NCBI GenBank assembly: GCA_951406725.2
Contig: OX597827.1
Span: 8,494,001-8,558,000, forward strand
Source of the DNA: Octopus vulgaris
Taxonomy: Eukaryota
DNA: 64,000 nucleotides
Direction: 5' to 3'
Position numbers and translations under genes: made by a program
Shown here: positions 1 to 12,223 of the stretch, in pieces
Numbering within the stretch: position 1 is the first letter of the stretch
How the letters are laid out: each line of letters starts with the position of its first letter
Notes under the pieces: model-generated
Told to the model about the DNA's origin: nothing
The model's input: only the letters and a program-made list of their open reading frames with translations
Database searches by the model: none

Positions 1-20
1 CTTCTTTATTTCATGTTCCT

Positions 21-427
21 CAGGAGTGGCTGTGTGGTAAGTAGCTTGCAAACGAACCACATGGTTCCGGGTTCAGTCCCACTGCGTGGCACCTTGGGCG
101 AGTGTCTTCTGCTATAGCCCCGGGGCCGACCAATGCCTTGTGAGTGGATTTGGTAGACGGAAACTGAAAAGAAGCCTGTCGTATATATGTATATATATAT
201 ATGTGTGTGTGTGTTTGTGTGTCTGTGTTTGTCCCCCTAGCGTTGCTTGACAACCGATGCTGGTGTGTTTACATCCCCCGTCACTTAGCGGTTCAGCAAA
301 AGAGACCAATAGAATAAGTACTGGGCTTACAAAGAAAAAGTTCCGGGGTCGATTTGCTCGACTAAAGGCGGTGCTCCAGCATGGCCGCAGTCAAATGACT
401 GAAACAAGTAAAAGAGTAAAAGAGTAA
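21..427 (+). mobile_element. tRNA-derived SINE, family A (resembles octopus OR-type CORE-SINEs)
   Basis: A-box-like TGGCTGTGTGG, B-box GGTTCAGTCCC, CORE-like CCTTGGGCGAGTGTCTT, central (TA)/(TG) microsatellite, tail GGTGCTCCAGCATGGCCGCAGTCAAATGACTGAAAC then (AAGAGTA)n. More than 10 similar copies in the window. Confidence 0.9.
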
Positions 428-590
428 GTCAACTTAGCTGGCAAAAATGAGAATTAGAATTGACAGAGCATCTGGTGTGCATTGTACTAGCACAATAGTG
501 TTAAGGAGTTTATGAACATCCACAAGCTGGTTCATGGATTATATCTAATCTATTCTTCCTAGTACAGTAACAGTCCTTCCAATGAGTAAT

Positions 591-767
591 GGGTAACGGG
601 GAATCAGGGTTCGATTCCGGAGAGGGAGCATGCGAAATGGCTACCACATCCAAGGAAGGCAGCAGGCACGCAAATTACCCACTCCCGGCACGGGGAGGTA
701 GTGACGAAAAATAACGACGAGGGACTCTGTCGAGGCCCCGCGATCGGAATGAGTACACTTAAAATCC
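591..767 (+). pseudogene. 18S rRNA gene fragment (dispersed pseudogene)
   Basis: Conserved eukaryotic SSU motifs GGTAACGGGGAATCAGGGTTCGATTCCGGAGAGGGAGC, GGCTACCACATCCAAGGAAGGCAGCAGGC, AAATTACCCACTCCCGGCACGGGGAGGTAGTGACGAAAAATAAC, GGAATGAGTACACTT. Only about 177 bp, AT-rich non-rDNA flanks, CpG-decay changes. Confidence 0.92.
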
Positions 768-873
768 GTAGTATCAATCAATCAAATTTTTTTCTTACAC
801 GAGTTTAATAAACCCCAAATCTATGTCCCAAGGATTAACAAACATTTGATCAGATTTGCTTTGCTCATTTTAA

Positions 874-1895
874 CACTTTGGCATTCATATTACTCTGTTG
901 ACTGAAATGTTTATTTATCCACATTGTTTGGAATTAAACATTCATTACCTCATACCTATTTCTTTATTACCCACAAGGGGATAAACATAGAGGGGACAAA
1001 CAAGGACAGACATAGGTATTAAGTCGATTACATCGACCCCCCAGTGCGTAACTGGTACTTAATTTATCGACCCCGAAAGGATGAAAGGCAAAGTCGACCT
1101 CTGCGGAATTTGAACTCAGAACGTAAAGACATACGAAATACCCATTTCTTTCTTACCCACAAGGGGCTACACATAGAGGGGACAAACAAGGACAGACATA
1201 GGTATTAAGTCGATTACATCGACCCCCAGTGCGTAACTGGTACTTAATTTATCGACCCCGAAAGGATGAAAGGCAAAGTCGACCTCGGCGGAATTTGAAC
1301 TCAGAACGTAAAGACAGACGAAATACCTATTTCTTTACTACCCACAAGGGGCTAAACATAGAGGGGACAAACAAGGACAGACATAGGTATTAAGTCGATT
1401 ACATCGACCCCCAGTGCGTAACTGGTACTTAATTTATCGACCCCGAAAGGATGAAAGGCAAAGTCGACCTCGGCGGAATTTGAACTCAGAACGTAACGAC
1501 AGACGAAATACCTATTTCTTTATTACCCACAAGGGGCTAAACATAGAGGGGACAAACAAGGACAGACATAGGTATTAAGTCAATTACATCGACCCTCAGT
1601 GCGTAACTGGTACTTAATTTATCGACCCCGAAAGGATGAAAAGCAAAGTCGACCTCGGCGGAATTTGAACTCAGAACGTAACAATAGACGAAATACCGCT
1701 GAGCATTTTGCCCGGCGTGCTAACGTTTCTGCCAGCCCGCCGTCTTATTACCTCATACCTTTGAGATTTCAATAATGTGGTTGTTTAGTTTTAGAATGAC
1801 ATTGTAGGGTAGGTAGGAGAAGCTGGATCAGATCAGTTTGGCCATTAAACAGGCAGAATATTTTGGCTGGATACAGTCAGTTTACATTTAAAGGG
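874..1895. mobile_element. Old TTAA-flanked (piggyBac-type) MITE hosting the family B array
   Basis: TTAA-CACTTT at 870 and AAAGGG-TTAA at 1890-1899. The short TIRs are degenerate. Confidence 0.4.
958..1746 (-). mobile_element. Family B SINE (tRNA-like head, Meta-like domain) as a tandem tetramer
   Basis: One head at about 1700-1746 plus four about 185 bp units. 14 bp TSD ATTACCTCATACCT at 944-957 and 1747-1760. The domain CTTTCATCCTTTCGGGGTCGATAAATTAAGTACCAG resembles the MetaSINE domain (from recall). Confidence 0.88.
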
Positions 1896-2425
1896 TTAAG
1901 GAATGTGACTATAAGCTGCTTGTTCTACCTGTGTGTTCAATATAGAAGGATTAGATTCATTTTAGCGTTTGAATATTATTTTGGCAACTCTTGTTGGAAA
2001 TCACTGACCAACATCAACTTAAAAAGCCATTTACAAAAAAATATAACTATTTCTCCGCTAATGCACAGATATGCACAAATATACACTGACACTCACACAA
2101 CAAGCTCATACACATACATACACACACATGCATGCATACACACATGCACACTCACACACAAACACACAAACACACATGCACACACACATTGATGTGGATA
2201 GCTATCTGCCTATCTATTTCTTTCATTCTGTGTGTGTCTGTGTGTGTGTGTGTATAGACACACACAAACGCTTACACATAAAACACTCAAATGCACACAC
2301 ACATATATACATATACATGCATTTAAATACAAACACATACACACAAAACCCTAACATACACATACACACACTAAATGTTATTTACATCACTCTAAATGTT
2401 AGTTCCATTCATTCATTGATTCCTT

Positions 2426-2489
<64 letters not shown>

Positions 2490-2534
2490 CATATATATAT
2501 AAAGGAAAGGAAAACATACATATATATATGTGTG

Positions 2535-2591
<57 letters not shown>

Positions 2592-3166
2592 GTATTTATA
2601 ATAAGGAAACATTCTAATATATTATAAATGTTTCACTGTTTCATAAATGAACAAAACATAAATATATATAACAAAAAAAAACATCAATGCTGAGTAAGAA
2701 AGCAACATTGTTCTTTTCCAAGGTGTTTTCTTTCTTTTTAATATATTTCCATAATATTATTTTATCCTAGCAGGTGTTAGATGTCACTATAAATTTAAAT
2801 ATCTGCATAGGATTTTGAAACTTGAGATTTATAGCAAGGCGATGTTTTCCCTGGCTCACTATGAAATAATGGTAGCGTTGCCTTTGTTCACAACTGATAT
2901 GTTTTTCTCTGACAATATTCATTTACTGATTTTAGTCGTTGGACTGTGGACATGCTGGGGCACCACAGTTATAATGACTGAGAAGAACAGAGAACATAAT
3001 TTAAATGTAAGGTGAGTGAGTTCCTACTTTAGTCATTCATTCTTCCCTTTGTTGCAGTTAATGGACTGTGGTCAGGCTGCAGCAACGTGGAGTAAAAAAG
3101 AGAGTATAATTCTAAACAATGATCAGTAGGTTCCTAATTTAGTCTTATATACTTCTACCTGTTTCT

Positions 3167-3401
3167 TATTTCTTTATTGCCTACAAGGGGCTAAGCACAG
3201 AGGGGACAAACAAGGACAGACAAAAGGATTAAGTCAATTGCATCGATCCCCGTGCGTAACTGGTACTTGATTTATCGACCCCGAAAGGATGAAAGGCAAA
3301 GTCGACCTCGGCGGAATTTGAACCCAGAACGTAGTGGCAGACAAAATACCACTAAGCATTTTGCCAAGTGTGCTAACGTTTCTGCCAGCTTGCTGCCTTA
3401 A
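3167..3401 (-). mobile_element. Family B SINE monomer
   Basis: Full head and tail. 16 bp TSD ACTTCTAC(C/T)TGTTTCT at 3151-3166 and 3402-3417. Confidence 0.9.
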
Positions 3402-3489
3402 ACTTCTACTTGTTTCTGTCATTGAAATGTGGCCATCAGGGGCACTGTCTTAGAGTTTTAGCTGACTCCTTAATAATTATTTCAAGTGT

Positions 3490-3733
3490 GAAGTGGTTGG
3501 CATTTGGAAGGACATCCAGCTGTAAAAACTATGCCAAAATTGGCCTTGTCTGTGCTGGTGCCATGTAAAAAGCTTTCAGTTCATTCTGTTGGGTGGTTGG
3601 TGTTAGGAAGGACATCCAGCCATAAAAACCATGCCAAAACACACAGAATCTTCTGCTTGGACAGCTCTTGTCAAACCGTCCAACCCATGCCAGAATGGAA
3701 GACAAATGTAACACGATGATGATGATGATGATG
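3490..3733 (+). mobile_element. Family C retroposon fragments (RTE-type tail, (GAT)n end)
   Basis: GGAAGGACATCCAGC motif twice, then CCGTCCAACCCATGC...(GAT)n as in the other copies. Confidence 0.7.
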
Positions 3734-4686
3734 ATTCACTTTGTCAAAATGCTACAGAATAGAGATGCAAACAAACCAACATTGGTTGTCAAGCAGCAGG
3801 ACACACGCATACGCACACATGATAGGTTTCTACTTCTACAACAGAAGACACTCACATAAGATACCACATGACGAGATTCAACCTGAAACCTCACGGTTGT
3901 GAACTTCTTAACCATGAAGCCATAACTGCTACAATAAGTGTACTGACAGTAACTTATACAAGTACAATGAACTTAAGCCAGATGGTACATACTTATGAGC
4001 ATGCATGTTCATCTGTATGTGTGTGTGTGCATGCAGGAATGTATGAAATGCATATATGTAATGAGTAAAGATATGGCAACTGTTGTATTGATGAGGCTTA
4101 ATGAGACAGAAACATGTGACTGTAGCCACCTGCCTTTTGTTTCCAGATAAAACATTCCAACTTTCTCTACAAGAATGCTTATTCTGGAAAATGTTTCATT
4201 GTCTCTTATTCCCTTTTCAGTCAGTTACAGTTACCACCAGACATTCGTTTGCAGTTTCTCAAAGCAAAAAAATAATTTCAGTTAACCAAGTATTTAATTA
4301 GTATAGTATTTAAAATATCTCTTTTCATCTGTGTATGTATATATGTGTATATCTACACACAAATGTATGTGTATATATATATATATGTAAGTACCTCCCC
4401 CCCACACACACACACACGTGTTTGTGTGTGAATGTATATGTATGCACATATGTATTTCGTATAGGCCAGCAAGTCCAGTGCTGAACTGGTATTTATTTTG
4501 TCAAACCCCAAAACGATGAATGGCAAAGATGAATGACTTCAGCAGAATAAAATTGAAATGAAACCTTGATAACAGACTTGGAGATAGGTGCTGCTCAGCC
4601 CTTCAGAAAAGGAATGTACTAAGTGGACCCATTTTGGCATCAATCCATTTGGTCACATATTTTTTTGATACTAGAAATTAACATAT

Positions 4687-5097
4687 AGGCGTAGGAGTGG
4701 CTGTGTAGTAAGTAGCTTGTTTACAAACCACATGGTTCCGGGTTCAGTCCCACTGTGTGGCACCTTGGACAAGTGTCTTCTACTATAGCCTCGGGTCGAC
4801 CAAAGCCTTGTAAGTGGATTTGGTAGATGGATACTGAAAGAAGCCCATCGTATATAGTATGTATATATGTGTGAGTGTATATGTTTGTATTTATGTTTGT
4901 CCCCACCAACATCACTTGACAACTGACGCTGGTGTGTTTACCTCCCTGTAACTTAGCGGTTTGGCCAAAGAGACCGATAGAATAAGTACTAGGCTTACAA
5001 AGAATAAGTCAATTTGTTCGACTAAAGGCAGTGCTCCAGCATGGCCGCAGTCAAATGACTGAAACAAGTAAAAGAGCAAAAGAGAGAGGAAAGAGTA
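4687..5097 (+). mobile_element. Family A SINE
   Basis: Same head, core and tail as 21-427. Confidence 0.9.
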
Positions 5098-5840
5098 TGT
5101 TTTAATAATTAGTTATTAACCAAAAGTTTAAGTAAAAAGAGATATATAAAAATTTACCTATATATGTATGTATTAGTATGTACTCAAAAGCATTGCTTTA
5201 ATTTGCGCAAAGCTTGGAGCTAAAAAAAATAACATTATATCATTTTGTAGTATCAATTCTTGAATTTAAGATTATGTAGAATAAAAATTATCTATCCACA
5301 TGAAAATTTTTGCTGAATCTTCATTTTGCAATGAAGAGTTAAATCTTACACTTAAATGGAAGCACCAAAAATTCACCTGACACCATCAGATATTTAATTT
5401 CTGCTAAATGCAAGCAAGCTACATGGTAAAGAAGTTTGCTTCGGAAGCTACATGGTTTCCTTTCAGTTCTGCAGCACATCCAGTACTTTGGACAAATACC
5501 ATTGAGCAATTGTCTGAGATTGGTCAGTGCCATATAAGGGATATCCCATAGATAGAAACTGTATGAAAGCCTGCTTGCTTCTATGTATGTGTGTGTAAAC
5601 ACTATATATATATAATTTACAATATAAGGGCAAAAGAAGACGCATAAATTATAATGGTTAATTGACAATTTTTGTCTTTTTTTTGGCATATTTGGCATCA
5701 GAATTTTTCTTTTGCCCTTATATTGTAAATTATTTATAAAATTAACCTTTAAAGGTATTTTTTGATAGGCTGGCCATTGATAAAATTTTTTTCCTGAAAA
5801 AAATTTTATTCTACATTAGTTACATATATATATATATATA

Positions 5841-6055
5841 TACTCTTTTTACTCTTTTACTTGTTTCAGTCATTTGATTCAGTCATTTGACTGTGGCCAT
5901 GCTGGAGCACCGCCTTTAGTCAAGCAAATCGACCCCAGGAGTTATTCTTTGTGAGCCTAGTACTTATTCTATCGGTCTCTTTTGCTGAACCGCTAAGTTA
6001 CGGGGACGTAAAAACACCAGCATCGGTTGTCAAGCGATGTTGGGGGGGACAAACA

Positions 6056-6127
<72 letters not shown>

Positions 6128-6291
6128 CGATGAGCTTCTTTCAGTTTCCGTCTACCAAATCCACTCACAAGTCTTTGGTCAGCCCGAGGCTATAGTAGAG
6201 GACACTTGCCCAAGATGCCATGCAGTCGGACTGAACCTGGAACCATGTGGTTCGTAAGCAAGCTACTTACCACACAGCCACTCCTGCGCCT
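5841..6291 (-). mobile_element. Family A SINE
   Basis: Reverse-complement full-length copy. Confidence 0.9.
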
Positions 6292-6818
6292 ATATAATCA
6301 TCTTTTAACTTCCACGTGCCATTGTGGAACACACACACACACCACGCACACACACATACATATACACATATATATATATAATTTGATAACAGTTTGACTG
6401 AAATCCATGTCTAAAAGTCTCATTGGCTCCTTCCCTCATATCATTGTTCACTTATTTAGATTCTTTCAAGAAAAAGGAATTAAGTTCCACTCAAAATACT
6501 AAGGTTAATATAATCAACTAAGAAAATTCTTGAAAGTGGTGCTTCCAACTTGTTCACAGCCCTTTAACTGAAACCAGTAGAAGACAAAAATAAATGTGAA
6601 ATATACCTTTGAATCTTTCCGTTTCCTTTCAACCTAAAGATGAGACAAAGTGAGGGGCCAGTATATAAGTTGTTCAATCTGCAAGAAATAGTGGCTAAAA
6701 TTCCCTCAAAATCACTTCTAAGAGTTTTTAAAAGAATAACACATTTGATAGTGTAGTCCCATGTGAACTATGCCTAAATAAAGGACAGGTCAGGCACAAC
6801 TGAAATATTTTTGCTCAT

Positions 6819-7232
6819 AGGCACAGGAGTGGCTGTGTGGTAAGTAGCTTGTTTACCAACCACATGGTTCCGGGTTCAGTCCCACTGCATGGCACCTTCG
6901 GCAAGTGTCTTCTACTATAGCCTCAGGTCGACCAAAGCCTTGTGAGTGGATTTGGTAGACGGAAACTGAAAGAAGCCCGTCGTATATATGTATATATATA
7001 TGTATGTGCGTGTATGTTTGTGTGTCTGTGTTTGTCCCCCTAGCATTGCTTGACAACCGATGCTGGTGTGTTTATGTCCCCGTCACTTAGCCGTTCGGCA
7101 AAAAAGTCCGATAGAATAAGTACTGGGCTTACAAAGAATAAGTCCCGGGGTCGAGTTGCTCGATTAAAGGCGGTGCACCTACATGGCCGCAGTCAAATGA
7201 CTGAAATAAGTAAAAAGAGAAAGAGAAAGAGA
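6819..7232 (+). mobile_element. Family A SINE
   Basis: Full-length copy. Confidence 0.9.
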
Positions 7233-7314
7233 TATGTTGGACTACATATAGGACTAAACATCTACAACTATAACAATATCACCAACAACTAAATACATCT
7301 ATGTTTATATAGTA

Positions 7315-7706
7315 CTAGCAGTATCGCCTGGCGTTGCTCGGGTTTGTAAGGGAAATAACTATATAAGCATTTTTAGAGAGTTATAGCCAAAAAATAGCAA
7401 AAAAATGCATTAAAAATGGGAAAAAAATTATGGTAATTTTTTTTTTAAATCGTTGACTCATCGTAGACATTTTTAGAGAGTTACTTCCCTTAGCGAAAAA
7501 AATGCATTAAAATGGAAAAAAATGATGGTAAATTTTTTTTTAAATCGTAGACTCATCGTAGACATGCACTAATATCCAGAAGAGCTCGATATGAATCACG
7601 ACTATAAGATACCCGGTTTTGGTTAAACTACACCGCAAAATGTGGGAGTAGTTAGGAATCTAAATCATAGGAGACAGACACACAACTTCTCTTTTATATA
7701 TAAAGA
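7315..7706 (-). mobile_element. Non-autonomous Helitron
   Basis: On the minus strand it starts TCTTTATATATAAAAG and ends with a subterminal GC hairpin plus CTAG, inserted between A and T with no TSD. Second copy at 63038-63434. Confidence 0.85.
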
Positions 7707-8381
7707 TTACGTACATATTCAAAATACTACACGATAATTCTAATCAATAAAGCATTGATGTTTAGAAGTTAGGTACAATCTTGAGCTAAAATGCAATTTT
7801 ACTCTATCCTCATTTTCCTGTTGAAATATTACAAAAAACCCGAAAATCTGAGTTAATGTATTTGGTCTGAATCATTTGAAATATTGTAAGTAGTTCTGGC
7901 TTGTCAGTCAGTGGAAGTGTAAAGTAAAATTATTGCAGTCATGAATTGATGTTCTGTCATCTTAAATAAAATACAGTTTGACAATACTTATTAATTTTAC
8001 AGCCTAACTCTCTGAAATATTATTATAATGGAACCTAATATAATATATATATTCTAAGAAACGGAAAGGAAAAAAAATAAAGGTAGTTCAAAATAATTCC
8101 ATAACCATCTAATATTTTTCGTTCTAATCCCCGTTAATCCTCTTCAACTGTCAGTGATAATTTGTAACCTTATTGTCAAAATATAACATTGATGAATTTC
8201 TTTGTTTATTATCTGAAAAGTAAATAAATAACATTAACCGGGGGATTATTTTAACTCCTAAGAATGATTGACATGGAACAAATGTTACTTTATTGTCAAA
8301 AATTTATCAAAGATAATCTGTCATTGTCAACGTATCAAATAATTATGAGGAATAAATTCTCACAACACAGGGCCTATATTA

Positions 8382-8415
<34 letters not shown>

Positions 8416-8441
8416 CATTATTATTATTATTATTATTATAC

Positions 8442-8486
<45 letters not shown>

Positions 8487-9530
8487 TATCATCATCATAA
8501 AACAAGGGGAACAAATATCTTTATCTCATCTAATTTCACAGAAATATTTATATTAAATTTCAAAACAGTTTATCTAATTACAGTAGAAGAAGATTCCTTT
8601 TACAGATTCAGAATTATTATCTGATTACACCAAATACTCTATTTCTATTTCAATTATAATAAACTTATCTTATTCATCTGGAATATCTCATTTCAAACAC
8701 TAGCCTCCTCGTCATTTCACATCACTAAATTATTTTGTTTTCTATATAAGAATCTGCTACCTTTCTACTCTCATTAATATTTCCTTTCGCATGCAACGAA
8801 ATGTTATCTAAACCCTTAAAATATTTCATTGGAAATTTCCGTGTTAAGTCAGCTCTCCATAGGAATATATTTTATTTCAACTTATAAGTTATCTCTCATT
8901 TCCCCAGAATATTTTATACCGAATTATCTGTTATCTCATTCTTATTTGGAATATATCATTTTTATTTTCATTTTCCCCCAATTTTTTTTTTGTTAATTTA
9001 GGAAGATTAAATATTTCTTTTTCCCAAAATATTTCATTTCAAATTGTAAAATATGTTATCTCAATAATTTCCAATAAAGTTTAAGTCAGTTTGATCGTAA
9101 TATATTGATCTGCAGGCAATTTTATTACTGTTTTTATATCTCTTTTCGACTGATCAACTTTTTCTAACTCAGTTTATTTCCTTTTCAATAACCCCAAATT
9201 ACAGCAGATAATATTTATCAAGTAGCCTTTCTCTCAATCACATGGGTTTCCCCGCTGATTCTTCATCATAGTATCACAGCCATTGCATCAGTCTTTGAGT
9301 CAACTGACATGAGCTTGCATTAAAAAAATGGAATCTGATAGGAATAAGCTCAGCTCTTCTTTCTCTCCCACTCTCTCACTCTCCCCTCTCTCTTTTTCAC
9401 CCTACAGACCTACCTACACTTACCTCTCTTTATCTGCCTTTCATTATATGTGTGTGTGTGTGTGTGTATTTGTGTGTGTGTGTGTGTGTGTGCATGTGTG
9501 TATGTGTGAGAGAGAGTGTGTGTGTGTGTG

Positions 9531-9564
<34 letters not shown>

Positions 9565-9698
9565 TAATGTGACTAAGACTGCTGACACACCTACATTGCT
9601 AGTGGCGATGACTGACTTTTTCCTTTATGATATCACATTGCGCATAAGCTGTTTATATTAATTTATATGTGTGTGTGTGTGTGTATGCATGTATGTAT

Positions 9699-9740
<42 letters not shown>

Positions 9741-10089
9741 TGAGAGATACACATATATATATATTATATATATGCATATATATATATAACACACACACAT
9801 ATATTATCTATATGCATATATATATGTATATATATTCATATTTATATATATATGTAAAAATGCATACATACATACATACATACATATCTTAAGAAATTAA
9901 GCTTCTTGAAACCAGAAAGGAGAAAACTGATTTGAAGACTACAGATCAGAGCCATCCCTAGAACAGTAAAAATCGGTAAAATTTTCCAGAAGTTTATCAT
10001 TTAAGTATATACGAGTATATCTAGACCTGCGACTATATTCATGAGAATACATAAAACAAAACATACAAACCTGCACATATACATTCATA

Positions 10090-10671
10090 CAGGGTGAACA
10101 CCCCCACCCAAAAAAGCAAAAAACAGAACCCATAAAAATTTTATTAAATCCTACAAAGGCGCAGCAACTTTGGACTTAAACTTCTGTCTGTGTACAATTT
10201 ATTCTCCTTGCATAAAAGTCATGCTCTTTTCAAAATCTATTCCAAATGGCATATGTCATGCAACTACTTGCATACGTCACGCAAAATTGTCAATTACTCG
10301 AACACGTTCCTCTTTGAGGATTTCCCTGGTTTCTGCTGCGATTGCTGCCTTCAGTTCACCAATCATTTGAGGGTTGTTCTGGCAAACATTATCCTTGAGA
10401 TACCTCCCCACAGATAAAAATCGAGGATGGAGAAGATGGTTCAAGTCTGGTGAATGCGGTGTCCACTCAGTGTTACACTTCCTGCTGATCAGTCTCTCCT
10501 GAAATCACTCTCTCAACCAGGCTAGCGAGTCGTTTGATGCATGTGGAATGGCCCTTCTCTTGCTGGAACCACTGTTTCCTCTCGATCTATCCTTCTGCAT
10601 CGTTTTATTCAAATGGTTTTATGCAAAGATTTGTGGGTTCTGTTTTGTTTTGCGGGGTGGGGGTCACCCTG
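10090..10671 (-). mobile_element. Internally deleted Tc1/mariner element (DD41D rosa/Visitor-like transposase remnant)
   Basis: About 40 bp TIRs CAGGGTG...CAGAACCCA with TA on both sides. The minus strand encodes frameshifted QWFQQ..AIPHASNDSLAWLRE*FQERLISRKCNTEWTPHSPDLN..DFYLWG.YLKDNV..NNPQMIGELKAAI. Confidence 0.85.
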
Positions 10672-10793
10672 TACATACATACAAAAATACCCTGTTGTTG
10701 ATGATGAAATTCCCAAGAAAGAGCCTTGGATCTAGATTAGAAACTGACTCTTTCTCTATGGACAAGAAATCTTGAAATAAAACTGAACAATGA

Positions 10794-11314
10794 CATACAC
10801 ACACACACACACATACATACATACATACATACATACATACATGCATACATACTTACATACATACATGCATACACACATACATATATACATACATACATAT
10901 ATACATACATATATACATACATACATACATACATACATACATACATACATACATACATACTTACATACATACATGCATACACACATACATATATACATAC
11001 ATACATATATACATACATACATACATACATACATACATACATACATACATACATACATACATACATACTTACATACATACATACACACATACATATATAC
11101 ATACATATATACATACATACATACATACATACATACATACATACATACATACATACATACATACATACATACATACATACATACATACATACATACACAC
11201 ATACATATATACATACATACATATATACATACATACATACATACATACATACATACATACATACATACATACATACATACATGCATACATACTTACATAC
11301 ATACATGCATACAC

Positions 11315-11347
<33 letters not shown>

Positions 11348-11597
11348 CATATATACATACATACATACATATATACATGCATACATACATACATGCATAC
11401 ATACATACATACATACATACACACATACATACATACGCATACATACATATATACATACATATATGCACACATATACTGACATACATACATACACACATAC
11501 ATACATACATACATACATACATACATACACACATACATACATACATACATACATACTTACATACATATATGCACACATATACAGACATACATATATG
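10794..11597. repeat. (TACA)n tetranucleotide microsatellite, about 800 bp
   Basis: Direct inspection. It explains the long MYVC/HTYI pseudo-ORFs. Confidence 0.97.
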
Positions 11598-12005
11598 TGG
11601 AACTGGAGTACACTTATTTGCAACTCTTGTATTATGCTTTTTTCTTTCCTCTGTATTCCTCCTCCTCCTCCTTCTCCTCTCTCTCTCTCTCTCTCTCTCT
11701 CTTTGTTTTCTTTGCAATGTTAGCAATATTTGAACCACAGCATATGTTGCAGACAGGTCAATAATGTCCTTCTAAATGTTAACTGTAGTAAGGCAGTATT
11801 GGACTGATGATGTTCAATAAGGGAGCAGGGAACTAAACTTAACCTTTCTTGTTAAAACTATGTTGCAACACAAAGAACTGAACTAAGGTCTGCTTATTAT
11901 TATGAGTATTTAAGTTGGAAGTGTTCTTAACAAATTAGCGTACTTAATAAATTATTTAATATTCTTGTAGTCCATGTAAATTTTATGGTTCTTTTAGGAT
12001 ACATA

Positions 12006-12223
12006 GAAGGAGGTGCTGGAAAGTTCCTGGCTCTGGATAAAAGAAAATACAGGAAAATCACTTAATTATGATTTTATTGAACATATTCCCCCTCTCAGAT
12101 TCAAACGCTTGTTGCAGTGGCCCTTCAGTTTTTCAAAACCCTGTAAAAGAACTCAAAAGATCAGGCCCTCAACCAGGCTTTTCACATTACCCTTAAAGCT
12201 GGAAACCTTTCAGCACCCACTCG
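12006..12223. mobile_element. Mariner-type MITE
   Basis: TA-GAAGGAGGTGCTGGAAAGTTCCTGGCT and AGCTGGAAACCTTTCAGCACCCACTCG-TA form imperfect TIRs with a TA TSD. Confidence 0.75.

Noticed and set aside
10737-11738. 333 aa ORF and overlapping long ORFs
   Set aside because: Translation of the (TACA)n microsatellite, with no coding complexity.
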